Assembly: GCA_023898645.1 (NCBI GenBank)
Contig: CP060232.1
Coordinates: 720,001-752,000 of the forward strand
Direction: 5' to 3'
Source of the DNA: Candidatus Saccharimonadota bacterium
GTDB lineage: Bacteria; Patescibacteriota; Saccharimonadia; Saccharimonadales; Saccharimonadaceae
DNA: 32,000 bases
Shown in pieces: positions 17,614 to 25,814 of this stretch (position 1 is its first letter; every line of letters starts with the position of its first letter). The notes under the pieces are model-generated. The model made no database searches, had not been told where the DNA came from, and worked only from the letters and a program-made list of their open reading frames with translations. The position numbers were made by a program, and so were the translations under genes.

Positions 17614-20600
17614 ATGGATTTTGCTGGGCGCTACAAACAGTTAAACGAAGAGCAACGCCGAGCCGTTGACACGATTGACGGACCGGTCATGGTGATAGCA
17701 GGACCGGGCACGGGTAAAACCGAATTGCTCGCTATGCGCGCAGCCAACATACTCAAACAAACCGACGAGCTGCCTGAAAATATACTATGCCTGACATTCA
17801 CTGACGCCGGCGTCATCGCCATGAAAAAACGCCTCCGTGAAATCATCGGGCGCGATGCTTACAAGGTGCCGGTCATGACCTTTCACTCCTTTGGCACCGA
17901 CATCATGAACCAATACCCTGAGTATTTCTATAGCGGCGCATCATTTCGACCGGCCGACGAATTAACTCAGCTACAAATAATCACTGACATCCTCGACAAG
18001 CTGCCTTATGACAACCCTCTGAAGGCCAAAATGAACGGTGAGTATACTTCGATAAAAAGTATCATTTCAGCCATTGGCGACATCAAAGGCGCCGGTCTGA
18101 CAGATGAACAATTCCGTCTATTACTCAATGCGACGGAATCAACTGTCGACAAAGTTGAGCCGCTACTCGTCGACGCCATCGGCGACGGTATGCGCAGCAA
18201 AACAGCGATAACAAGATTTGAAACGTTACTAGAAAAGCTTCGAGGTATCGACGAGCCAAAGCCATTAGAAAACTTTTCGACACTCATAAAATTGTTAACG
18301 AACACCCTTGAAGATGCTCTCGGTGAAGCTAAGACACTAAACAAAACCAAGCCTCTGACCGGCTGGAAAGACCAGCTCGTTGAAAAAGATGCTGCAAAAA
18401 ACATCGTTATGAAAGCTCGCAAACAACTACGAAAATTGCGCGCCCTCAACGTCGTGTATTTCGAATACTTAGACCAAATGCAGACCGCCGAATTCTATGA
18501 TTTCAACGATATGATTTTGCAGGTCGTCAAAGCAATCGAGACTCAAAATGATTTACGCTATGACTTGCAGGAAAAATACCAATACATCATGGTTGATGAG
18601 TTTCAAGACACCAACATGGCACAAATGCGTATACTGCATAACCTCACCAACAATCCTGTCGTAGAGGATTCGCCTAATATACTTGTTGTTGGTGATGACG
18701 ACCAAGCGATCTATGGCTTCCAAGGCGCCGAAGTGAGCAACATCCTCAATTTTCGTCATACATATCCACAAACGATCAATATCACGCTGACCAACAACTA
18801 TCGCTCTGTCCAACCCGTGCTCGACAGCGCCCGAGACGTTATTACGCAGGGCAGTAACCGCCTTGAAACTCACTTGCCCGAGCTCGACAAAACACTAACA
18901 GCGCAAACAAAAACCACAAAGCCGAATCTCGAACTTGTTTCGTTTTCGACACCTCACCACGAACGTCAATGGGTTGCGTTGTCCATAAAGTCGCTTATAG
19001 ATAATGGAGTGCAACCTAGTGAAATTGCTGTCATTGCTCGCAAGCACGCCGACCTTGTATCGCTCATAGGATACTTTACCGAACACGACGTACCGCTCAG
19101 TTATGACCGCAAAGACAACGTACTCGACGATGAAGCCGTCACGATACTAGAACGCATAGGGGAGACAGTGCATGCCATCGGCAATGGCAACTACGGCAAA
19201 GCAAATGCACTCTTGCCTGAGCTTATTAGCCATCCATTATGGGACGTTAATCCGACTGCCGTTTGGGAAATCAGCTTAGCGGCACATCGCGAGCGCAAAC
19301 ATTGGCTTGAAGTCATGCAACAACATGACGCGACTCGGCAGCTTGCTGCTTGGCTTATAGCGTGTTCGGCGCAAGCACAGCATCAACCATTAGAACGTAT
19401 GCTCGACATCCTCATTGGCAACACGTCGATTGACGGTTCATACACATCGCCGTTCAAAGACTACTTTTTTGGCAGTGGTGCGCGCGAAGGCGACATGTCT
19501 ACATACAGTGCTCATCTCAAGAATCTCTCGGCAATTCGCAAAGCATTGCACGATCATGCATTTGAGGTTGTATCTCCGCAGCTCGATAACTTTTTGGACT
19601 TCATGGACGCATGCCGCAACAGCGAAACACGGATTACAAGCACCCGCCATATTGGTGAGGACGGCGCCAGCGTGCAGCTACTCAGCGCTCATGGATCAAA
19701 AGGACTTGAGTTTAACCATGTATTTATCATAAATGCGACCGACGCAGTATGGGGCGAGAAGGCAAGCGGTAAATCGTCAGTAATCGCTTTTCCTCCGCAT
19801 CTGCGGCTGCGCCGCAACAATAATGATTACGACGAACGTCTGCGACTCTTTTATGTTGCCATGACGAGGGCTCGACACGGTTTGCATATTGCGTATGCCA
19901 ACGAAAACGATGCAACCAAAGCGATGCTCCCGGCGGCATTCTTACTCGGAAGCCCAATCCCAGCACGAGAAGAGTCGGCAGACACATCAGAACAAGCCGA
20001 ACTCGATACAGCCGAACACTCATGGTATGCGCCAATTGTTAATATGCCGCAAATAACCATGCACGATTATTTGGCGCCGATCTTAAAAGATTACAAACTG
20101 AGCGCCACCCATGTGAACCGATTTATCGATGTTACGACTGGCGGCCCGCAACGATTCCTTATAGACACGCTTTTGCATTTTCCATCTGCATCGAGCCCCT
20201 TGGCAAGCTATGGCACTGCTATTCACGACACACTTCAGCGCGCACATGATCATATGCGTTCAACCGGCTCGCTACAACCAGAAGAAGATATTTTGCATGA
20301 ATTCGAAAAGAATCTTGATAAACAAGAACTCACAGATAACGAACGGCGCGACTTTTTGCAAAGGGGCAGTGACGCACTGAGCGCCTTTCTTAAAACGCAT
20401 CACGATAATTTTACGAAAGATCAGTTCGCGGAGCTGAACTTTGCTCATCAGGATGTAATGGTCGGTGATGCCCGCCTCACTGGAAAACTCGATGTCGTTA
20501 CATTCAATAAAGACACGCTCACAGCCAGTGTCACCGATTACAAAACCGGAGGCACACTAACGTCGTGGGAAAAAGGACTTGATTATCAAAAAATTAAAGC

Positions 20601-20901
20601 TCACAAATACCGCCAACAACTTTTGTTTTACAAACTACTCATTGAAAACTCACGAGATTGGCGCAACTACACGATGCACGAAGGTATATTGCAATTCGTT
20701 GAGCCAAACTCTGCAGGGCAAATTGTCGACTTACAGCTTCAAGATATCGACAAAGAAGAGGTAGAGCGTTTTTCGCGTCTTATAAGCATAATCTGGAATC
20801 ATATCCAAGAGTTGTCATTCCCCGACACAACGCAATACGACCAAACAATAGCAGGTATCCGCAAATTCGAAGACGATTTGCTTGCTCAAAACAAAAATTA
20901 A
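17614..20901 (+). CDS. UvrD/PcrA-like SF1 helicase fused to a C-terminal PD-(D/E)XK (RecB/AddB-type) nuclease
   Basis: Helicase motifs: Walker A AGPGTGKT, motif II VDEFQDTN, VGDDDQAIYGFQGA and NNYRS. C-terminal nuclease motifs: GKLDVV, VTDYKTG and YRQQLLFY. Confidence 0.85.
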   Translation: MDFAGRYKQLNEEQRRAVDTIDGPVMVIAGPGTGKTELLAMRAANILKQTDELPENILCLTFTDAGVIAMKKRLREIIGRDAYKVPVMTFHSFGTDIMNQYPEYFYSGASFRPADELTQLQIITDILDKLPYDNPLKAKMNGEYTSIKSIISAIGDIKGAGLTDEQFRLLLNATESTVDKVEPLLVDAIGDGMRSKTAITRFETLLEKLRGIDEPKPLENFSTLIKLLTNTLEDALGEAKTLNKTKPLTGWKDQLVEKDAAKNIVMKARKQLRKLRALNVVYFEYLDQMQTAEFYDFNDMILQVVKAIETQNDLRYDLQEKYQYIMVDEFQDTNMAQMRILHNLTNNPVVEDSPNILVVGDDDQAIYGFQGAEVSNILNFRHTYPQTINITLTNNYRSVQPVLDSARDVITQGSNRLETHLPELDKTLTAQTKTTKPNLELVSFSTPHHERQWVALSIKSLIDNGVQPSEIAVIARKHADLVSLIGYFTEHDVPLSYDRKDNVLDDEAVTILERIGETVHAIGNGNYGKANALLPELISHPLWDVNPTAVWEISLAAHRERKHWLEVMQQHDATRQLAAWLIACSAQAQHQPLERMLDILIGNTSIDGSYTSPFKDYFFGSGAREGDMSTYSAHLKNLSAIRKALHDHAFEVVSPQLDNFLDFMDACRNSETRITSTRHIGEDGASVQLLSAHGSKGLEFNHVFIINATDAVWGEKASGKSSVIAFPPHLRLRRNNNDYDERLRLFYVAMTRARHGLHIAYANENDATKAMLPAAFLLGSPIPAREESADTSEQAELDTAEHSWYAPIVNMPQITMHDYLAPILKDYKLSATHVNRFIDVTTGGPQRFLIDTLLHFPSASSPLASYGTAIHDTLQRAHDHMRSTGSLQPEEDILHEFEKNLDKQELTDNERRDFLQRGSDALSAFLKTHHDNFTKDQFAELNFAHQDVMVGDARLTGKLDVVTFNKDTLTASVTDYKTGGTLTSWEKGLDYQKIKAHKYRQQLLFYKLLIENSRDWRNYTMHEGILQFVEPNSAGQIVDLQLQDIDKEEVERFSRLISIIWNHIQELSFPDTTQYDQTIAGIRKFEDDLLAQNKN

Positions 20902-20912
20902 GAAAAACGCCA

Positions 20913-23900
20913 CTACCATGTAGTCAGCGATGCGCGGACCCATGTGTTTGTTGCAACGCAGATATATACGTATGATGAATCCCACGCGACGGTACCCGTA
21001 GTACCTGCACTTGATGCAGACGCAGGCGCACCACCAGAACCAATCACGGGCGCTGTCAGTGTTGGACTTGTAAGGGTTTTATTCGTCAGTGTTTGAGTGC
21101 CAGTAGTAGTTACAACTGGCGCCCCACCAGCCGTCACGCTAGAAGTCTGTGCATTGACAGAAGCTCCAGTAGGAACAGTTCCTTGGAAAGCGACTCCAGG
21201 CGTATACGCCAAAGTACCTACATGGGTGTATCTAGATATTTCCGAAACAACAATTGCTGAACCATTATTATATGCTTTTATCCAGAGCTCGAAAGCCGCA
21301 CCAGAACCATCTGAAATAATCTTGAAACTGTCCGCCCCCAAAGCCGTTCCGGCAGCCTTGGAAAGCAACTCAATAGAAGCTGAACTCGTGTTGGAAGTAA
21401 TCCCAGCCTCAAGCGCTACAATCGCTGAAGTGTTGTGGGCAAAAGAAACAAAACTAAGACAAAGACTTATCCGATCCAAAGTGGTGTTGCCGGGGGTATA
21501 CGTAAGAACTTTCGTCCATTGCCCCGAAACTGTAGACAGAGAAGTCCAAACCTTTCTTGCCGCATCTGGTGTTGCACTGGCAGGAATGTCGGTAATAGTG
21601 TTGTTTGCACCAGACAACGTCTTATTAGTAAGGGCTTGTGTACCGGAAACAGTGGCGACTTCAACACCATTTGCCTGCACAACCCCCGTACCCTTGGTTT
21701 TTATATTGAATCCTATATGAGTGTCAGACCCGTACGACTCCAAATAGGGCGCAACGCCCGTTGCGCTATTGTAAATAGTAGTAGCATTTACGGCGCCACT
21801 GTTTGCAGTAACATCGAGAACTCCTGTACCATTAGTCGCAAGAATTCTATTCACCTTCGGACTTGTTAATGTCTTGTTCGTAAGCGTCTGAGCTGACGAA
21901 ACATCTACCGCATCGACGCCATTTATCTGAACAGTACCCGAACCTTGCGATGCCAAACTCAAATTTACATTCGTATCACTGCCGATAGCCCTTAGGGTCA
22001 CTGGCGCACCGCCGGTGGCGCGGTTTGATATCTGCAAATAATTAACGGCACTAGCGACTGCGTTAAAAGCCATCATCACATTGGCATTGGCATCACGAAT
22101 GTACCCGTCGGATATGATAGGTCCCGATATGCTCGGACTTGTCAGCGTCTTGTTCGTAAGCGTCTGAGCACCGGTGGTTGTAGCTACCGGAACGCCATTT
22201 TGATTAAGTGTACCGGTACCCTTGGGAACCATATTGATACTGATGTTGCTATCACCTCCAGTTGCAGTAAACGCAACCGGCGCAGAATTTGAACCGTATA
22301 CAGCACCACCGCCACGAGGAAGATATCCGTCGGCACGACCCGGACTATTATATGCATATGAGAACAGTGAGCTAATCCGAACCTGAGCATCCCATGGTCG
22401 CCCAAGTGTATAACGAATCTTCGTGTAGGTCGTGCCGTCACCAGTGTAATAATATCTATGAACCGGATCAGAATTGTTCGTAACCGAATAAACTGTTGAC
22501 CAGCCGCCCTTGTATATTTCAATCTGTACATCCTTAGTGCCCCAACCATGCGGGAACACGATACCAACATTACAACCATAGCGCTGCAAGATAGACGGGG
22601 CTATATCAACAGTGATGATGTAAGTGTCTGTTGACACTGCTGGATTGTCCAGACAAAATGAAGTATCCGCTCTGAACCAGTTGTCCGCCACTGTACCACC
22701 ACCGACATTGTAAAAGCCCGTGCCGCTACCATAAGTATTGAATGGCAAGCCGTTCTTTTGTACATCTATCGCACCACCGCGCAAAAGATTGTAGGTAAGA
22801 TCAGAGCTATAGTTTGGTTCAAATGTATACCAACCGTTTTCGGGATTAGTGTTAAGCGATACGCTTTTTAGAACATTTGCGGAATTGTATACGGTAACCT
22901 CAGCACGATTTGCAAGGTCTGTAGTCAGGCTCGTAACCGATGATTGAGCGATATTAGATAGAGTGTTTGATGAACCACTGATTGTCTTATTCGTCAGCGT
23001 CTGCGTGCCTGTAGTAGTAACGACGGGTACATAATTGACCCTGACCTCACCCGTACCCTTTGAGTTGAGCTCCAGATGAATATTTGCATCGTTGCCCAGT
23101 GCCTGAATTAGTGGCCCGCCACCAGCCACCTGCCCAAGAATCCTGACATAGTTAACTGAAGACGCATAAGCTGAAACCTGAAGGGAAGGCCTGTTGAAGG
23201 GGCTAAGATATACACTCTCCCACTGATCAGAAAAAGAAACGTGTTTATTTCCGGCAGGGTCATAAATCGCGTCTATCTTCGGGTTTGTCAGGGTCTTGTT
23301 GGTGAGGGATTGCGTACCGGTCGTAGTGACAACATCAACACCGTTAGCCTGAACTGTGCCGGTACCTTTGGTTGTGAGGTTGAGGTTGATATTAGTGTCG
23401 GTGCCGCTAGCCATCAGATATGGTGCGTTACCGGTGGTGTGAGCTACTGCATAAAGATAATTGACAGTGCTATCCGCTTGGAATCCGGCCCTGAACGCCA
23501 CCGAAGTGGGGCTACGCAACTGGAAACCTCCGACTCCCTTAGAGTTAAGGTTAATACCGATATCAGTGTCGCTACCGCTGGCCCACACCCCAATGGACTG
23601 ACCGGCAACGCTATTTGCCACAGTAAAGTAGTTGGCCGCGCTAGCAAGAGAACCAATTTCTATCGCATTATTGCCAAAAGCATCTTTGACCATGTTGATC
23701 TTCGGATTTGTCAGGGTCTTGTTGGTGAGCGTCTGCGTACCAGAAGTAGTTACGACTTCTACGCCGCCAGTATAGAGCTTCCCTGTACCCTTGGGGTTGA
23801 GGCTGATACCGATATTCGTGTCAGTACCCTGTGCGTATAGACCAACATTCGTACCAGTAATACTAGCGACGGCCTGCACATAGTTCACCGCAGACGCAGG

Positions 23901-25181
23901 TGCGTAAAGGGCCAGCGTGCTTAGTCCTTGAGTCGCGTCTTTGATGATATCGACTTTCGGAGTGGTGAGAGTTTTATTTGTCAGGGTCTGCGTGCCGGTA
24001 GTGGTGACTACTGATGCTCCGCCCACTGTCACATCAGTGGGCGTAATAGCAAAACGCTCAGTACCGGCTACATAAAATTTGTGACTATTACCACCAGCGG
24101 GAACCTGATATTCTTGCACGCCAGCAGAAATACCAATACCATATCCCGTATAAAACTTAAGTTTAAGGTTTCCCGAGGTGCCGACCGTGTTTGACCCAAC
24201 GCTCCCACCAAGATCAAGGTAAACAGGGGTCGTACTACCTGTGAGTGCGGTACTGCCGAGGGATACATTCCCGGCGTTATCCACCACGAACTTGGATGCG
24301 CCGCCCACCTGAGCGTCGATTAGCCTTTTGGTTCCGGAGCCAGTTGCTGTTTCAGTTGGGTTAATGAGGAGTGCTGTATAGCCGGCGGTAGACGATTGAT
24401 TAATTGTCGGAGATAAACTTAACGAATTCTGTGTCGATGACGACCCCATCAAAGAGCCGTTTACTAAAAGTTGATTTGCACCTGCTATACCAGATGGCGC
24501 CGCTAAGGTTGCTTTGTTTCCAGTGGCAGCAGACAGTGCGAACGTCACGCCAGAAGATGATGCAAGCACTATGTCTCGACCGGCTCCCGTACCACCTTGA
24601 TCTGTTTCAAGCCAGAACGCATTACCACCCCAGCGCGCTCTTGCTCGTTCGTAGTTCGTTGTTTGGTCGGCGGTGTTATAAAAGACAAGCGTGCCAGACT
24701 GCTGTATTTCATTTGTGCCGGTGATTTGTGCTGAGGCTAGCGTCTTATTCGTCAGCGTCGCCGTCGCAGCGTTCTTCGTGGCATCACTGGTGTTGTCGAC
24801 CTGATCAAGACCGACATCGGTCTTAGTGAGGGAGACAGCACCTGTTTTGGAAGCAACGGATGTGACAGGAGCAACTTCATTGAGTTTGGTTTGGACTGCA
24901 GTGGCAAGTTTGGTTTCTTCGATGGTGCCATCGGCAATGAGCGCATTGGTGATAGAACCGTCGGCTATGACAGTATCGTCAATGGTATTTGGAGCAAGGG
25001 TTTCAACAGTGATTGCCGCAGGAGCAATAGCAGCAGTTGTAACGGCATTAGGAGCAATGGCGTCGCTGGTGACACTGTCGGTTTTCAGTGTGCCGTCAGA
25101 GGCGTGAACCTGAGAGAGAAAGGTGTTGAGTATTGTTCCCCAATTACCACTGTCTCCTCCAGGAGTTGGAAGACGTGCCAT
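20913..25181 (-). CDS. Giant (1422 aa) repeat-rich surface/fibre-like protein with phage tail-fibre-like N- and C-termini
   Basis: Uninterrupted ORF with an ATG start and no signal peptide. The N-terminus is MARLPTPGGDSGNWGTILNTFL, followed by I-x-x-x-A-I/DG-x-I repeats. There are nine copies of a (V)TT(T)GTQTLTNKTL core with ...NY...G.D.NI.L.L..KGTG.. modules. The C-terminus is GTVAWDSSYVYICVATNTWVRASLTTW. Confidence 0.85.
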   Translation of the reverse strand: MARLPTPGGDSGNWGTILNTFLSQVHASDGTLKTDSVTSDAIAPNAVTTAAIAPAAITVETLAPNTIDDTVIADGSITNALIADGTIEETKLATAVQTKLNEVAPVTSVASKTGAVSLTKTDVGLDQVDNTSDATKNAATATLTNKTLASAQITGTNEIQQSGTLVFYNTADQTTNYERARARWGGNAFWLETDQGGTGAGRDIVLASSSGVTFALSAATGNKATLAAPSGIAGANQLLVNGSLMGSSSTQNSLSLSPTINQSSTAGYTALLINPTETATGSGTKRLIDAQVGGASKFVVDNAGNVSLGSTALTGSTTPVYLDLGGSVGSNTVGTSGNLKLKFYTGYGIGISAGVQEYQVPAGGNSHKFYVAGTERFAITPTDVTVGGASVVTTTGTQTLTNKTLTTPKVDIIKDATQGLSTLALYAPASAVNYVQAVASITGTNVGLYAQGTDTNIGISLNPKGTGKLYTGGVEVVTTSGTQTLTNKTLTNPKINMVKDAFGNNAIEIGSLASAANYFTVANSVAGQSIGVWASGSDTDIGINLNSKGVGGFQLRSPTSVAFRAGFQADSTVNYLYAVAHTTGNAPYLMASGTDTNINLNLTTKGTGTVQANGVDVVTTTGTQSLTNKTLTNPKIDAIYDPAGNKHVSFSDQWESVYLSPFNRPSLQVSAYASSVNYVRILGQVAGGGPLIQALGNDANIHLELNSKGTGEVRVNYVPVVTTTGTQTLTNKTISGSSNTLSNIAQSSVTSLTTDLANRAEVTVYNSANVLKSVSLNTNPENGWYTFEPNYSSDLTYNLLRGGAIDVQKNGLPFNTYGSGTGFYNVGGGTVADNWFRADTSFCLDNPAVSTDTYIITVDIAPSILQRYGCNVGIVFPHGWGTKDVQIEIYKGGWSTVYSVTNNSDPVHRYYYTGDGTTYTKIRYTLGRPWDAQVRISSLFSYAYNSPGRADGYLPRGGGAVYGSNSAPVAFTATGGDSNISINMVPKGTGTLNQNGVPVATTTGAQTLTNKTLTSPSISGPIISDGYIRDANANVMMAFNAVASAVNYLQISNRATGGAPVTLRAIGSDTNVNLSLASQGSGTVQINGVDAVDVSSAQTLTNKTLTSPKVNRILATNGTGVLDVTANSGAVNATTIYNSATGVAPYLESYGSDTHIGFNIKTKGTGVVQANGVEVATVSGTQALTNKTLSGANNTITDIPASATPDAARKVWTSLSTVSGQWTKVLTYTPGNTTLDRISLCLSFVSFAHNTSAIVALEAGITSNTSSASIELLSKAAGTALGADSFKIISDGSGAAFELWIKAYNNGSAIVVSEISRYTHVGTLAYTPGVAFQGTVPTGASVNAQTSSVTAGGAPVVTTTGTQTLTNKTLTSPTLTAPVIGSGGAPASASSAGTTGTVAWDSSYVYICVATNTWVRASLTTW
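21060..24775 (-). repeat. Nine dispersed in-frame copies of a ~45-bp core encoding VVTTTGTQTLTNKTLT(S/N)P, defining ~85-140-aa protein modules
   Basis: Core copies, read on the + strand as (g/a)gtcttgtt/gtcttatt...ctg(a/c)g..., lie near 21070, 21612, 21868, 22143, 22980, 23288, 23712, 23968 and 24738. Confidence 0.8.
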
Positions 25182-25235
25182 AGTTTGTTTAGCCTATACT
25201 ACCCTCGCTGAATATGCTTATTGTTTATGGGGTTA

Positions 25236-25264
25236 AGTATAGATAAGAAATAGGGAAGTGTCAA
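25236..25264 (-). promoter_or_regulatory. Putative sigma70-like promoter of the giant gene
   Basis: Minus-strand TTGACA (25264-25259), 17-nt spacer, TATACT (25241-25236), about 55 nt upstream of the ATG at 25181. Confidence 0.55.
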
Positions 25265-25277
25265 GGCGCAGCCACCA

Positions 25278-25306
25278 TTGACAAGACTCCTATAATCGAA
25301 TAAAAT
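25278..25306 (+). promoter_or_regulatory. Putative divergent promoter for the tRNA-like gene
   Basis: TTGACA (25278-25283), 17-nt spacer, TAAAAT (25301-25306), about 100 nt upstream of the tRNA-like gene. Confidence 0.4.
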
Positions 25307-25406
25307 ATTTATTCGTATACAGGGTTGACGAAAGTTCTATACTGAGTCAACTTTTTGTTTTGTACCTTCCAAGTAATAGATACGGATTGTACTTAACTCG
25401 GTCAAC

Positions 25407-25479
25407 CGGGGTGTAGTTTAATGTAGGTAAAACCTTTCGCACCACGAAAGAGTTGCAGGTTCGAATCCTGTCACCCCGA
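25407..25479 (+). tRNA. tRNA-like gene with canonical acceptor, D and T arms but an anomalous anticodon arm; isotype undetermined
   Basis: Hand fold. The acceptor CGGGGTG / CACCCCG has 7 perfect pairs, with A as discriminator. The D arm is GTTT-AATGTAGGTA-AAAC. The T arm is GCAGG-TTCGAAT-CCTGT. The anticodon region CTTTCG-CACCA-CGAAAG folds as a 6-bp stem with a 5-nt loop. Read instead as a 7-nt loop it is GCACCAC, with C33 and anticodon ACC. No CCA is encoded. Confidence 0.6.
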
Positions 25480-25536
25480 CTAATCGCCGTTCATTCGTTC
25501 GGCGAATCGTTTACGATTACCGAATCGAGAACGGGC

Positions 25537-25692
25537 ATGCAATGTCAAACCTGTAAAGGCTCTGGCGTTTGCCAAGGCTGTCGCGGCAAAGGCTGCAACA
25601 ACTGTTATTCAAAACGAAACGTCATGGGTGGCTGGGGAGGCACCTATGGCAATGGCGATTGTGCCGTATGTCGAGGCAAAGGCCATAAATAA
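25537..25692 (+). CDS. 51-aa DnaJ-type (CxxCxGxG) zinc-finger microprotein
   Basis: Sequence MQCQTCKGSGVCQGCRGKGCNNCYSKRNVMGGWGGTYGNGDCAVCRGKGHK. It has four CxxC pairs, three of them in full CxxCxGxG form. The internal ATG is used because the track ORF start (25453) runs through the tRNA-like gene. Confidence 0.5.
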   Translation: MQCQTCKGSGVCQGCRGKGCNNCYSKRNVMGGWGGTYGNGDCAVCRGKGHK

Positions 25693-25814
25693 CTTGCGGC
25701 GCACACTACAATGCCGCATGGGGTAGTGGACAACCACAAATAACAACAAACTCATTGTTGGGATGATAAAGACCGTCCGTGGGAAAAACTCGCTGCAGCA
25801 CAGCACGTCCACGC

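Noticed and set aside
21097-25211. Multiple plus-strand ORFs of 93-207 aa (21097..21720, 21435..21869, 23241..23840, 24404..24724, 24826..25107, 24891..25211) inside the giant gene.
   Set aside because: They lie antisense to a 4.3-kb uninterrupted ORF with strong repeat structure. Their sequences are low-complexity mirrors of the Thr/Gly/Val-rich coding strand, and I saw no start-site signals for them. I treat them as shadow ORFs.
25278-25343. Two TTGAC(A/G)-N7-TATA(A/C)T pairs (25278-25296 and 25325-25343) that look like promoters.
   Set aside because: A 7-nt spacing is incompatible with sigma70 -35/-10 geometry. Only the first TTGACA, paired with TAAAAT 17 nt downstream, was kept as a low-confidence promoter. 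The repetition of the pattern may still be worth a motif search.
20913-25479. An intact prophage or integrative element, suggested by the tail-fibre-like gene beside a tRNA-like gene.
   Set aside because: There is no integrase, terminase, portal, capsid, tape-measure or lysis gene anywhere in the window. I could spot no direct repeat of the tRNA 3' end. At most this is a remnant or a domesticated gene.
25453-25536. N-terminal extension of the zinc-finger ORF (track start 25453, MQVRILSPRLIAV...).
   Set aside because: The extension is the translation of the T arm and acceptor stem of the tRNA-like gene. The internal ATG at 25537 begins exactly at the Cys-rich part.
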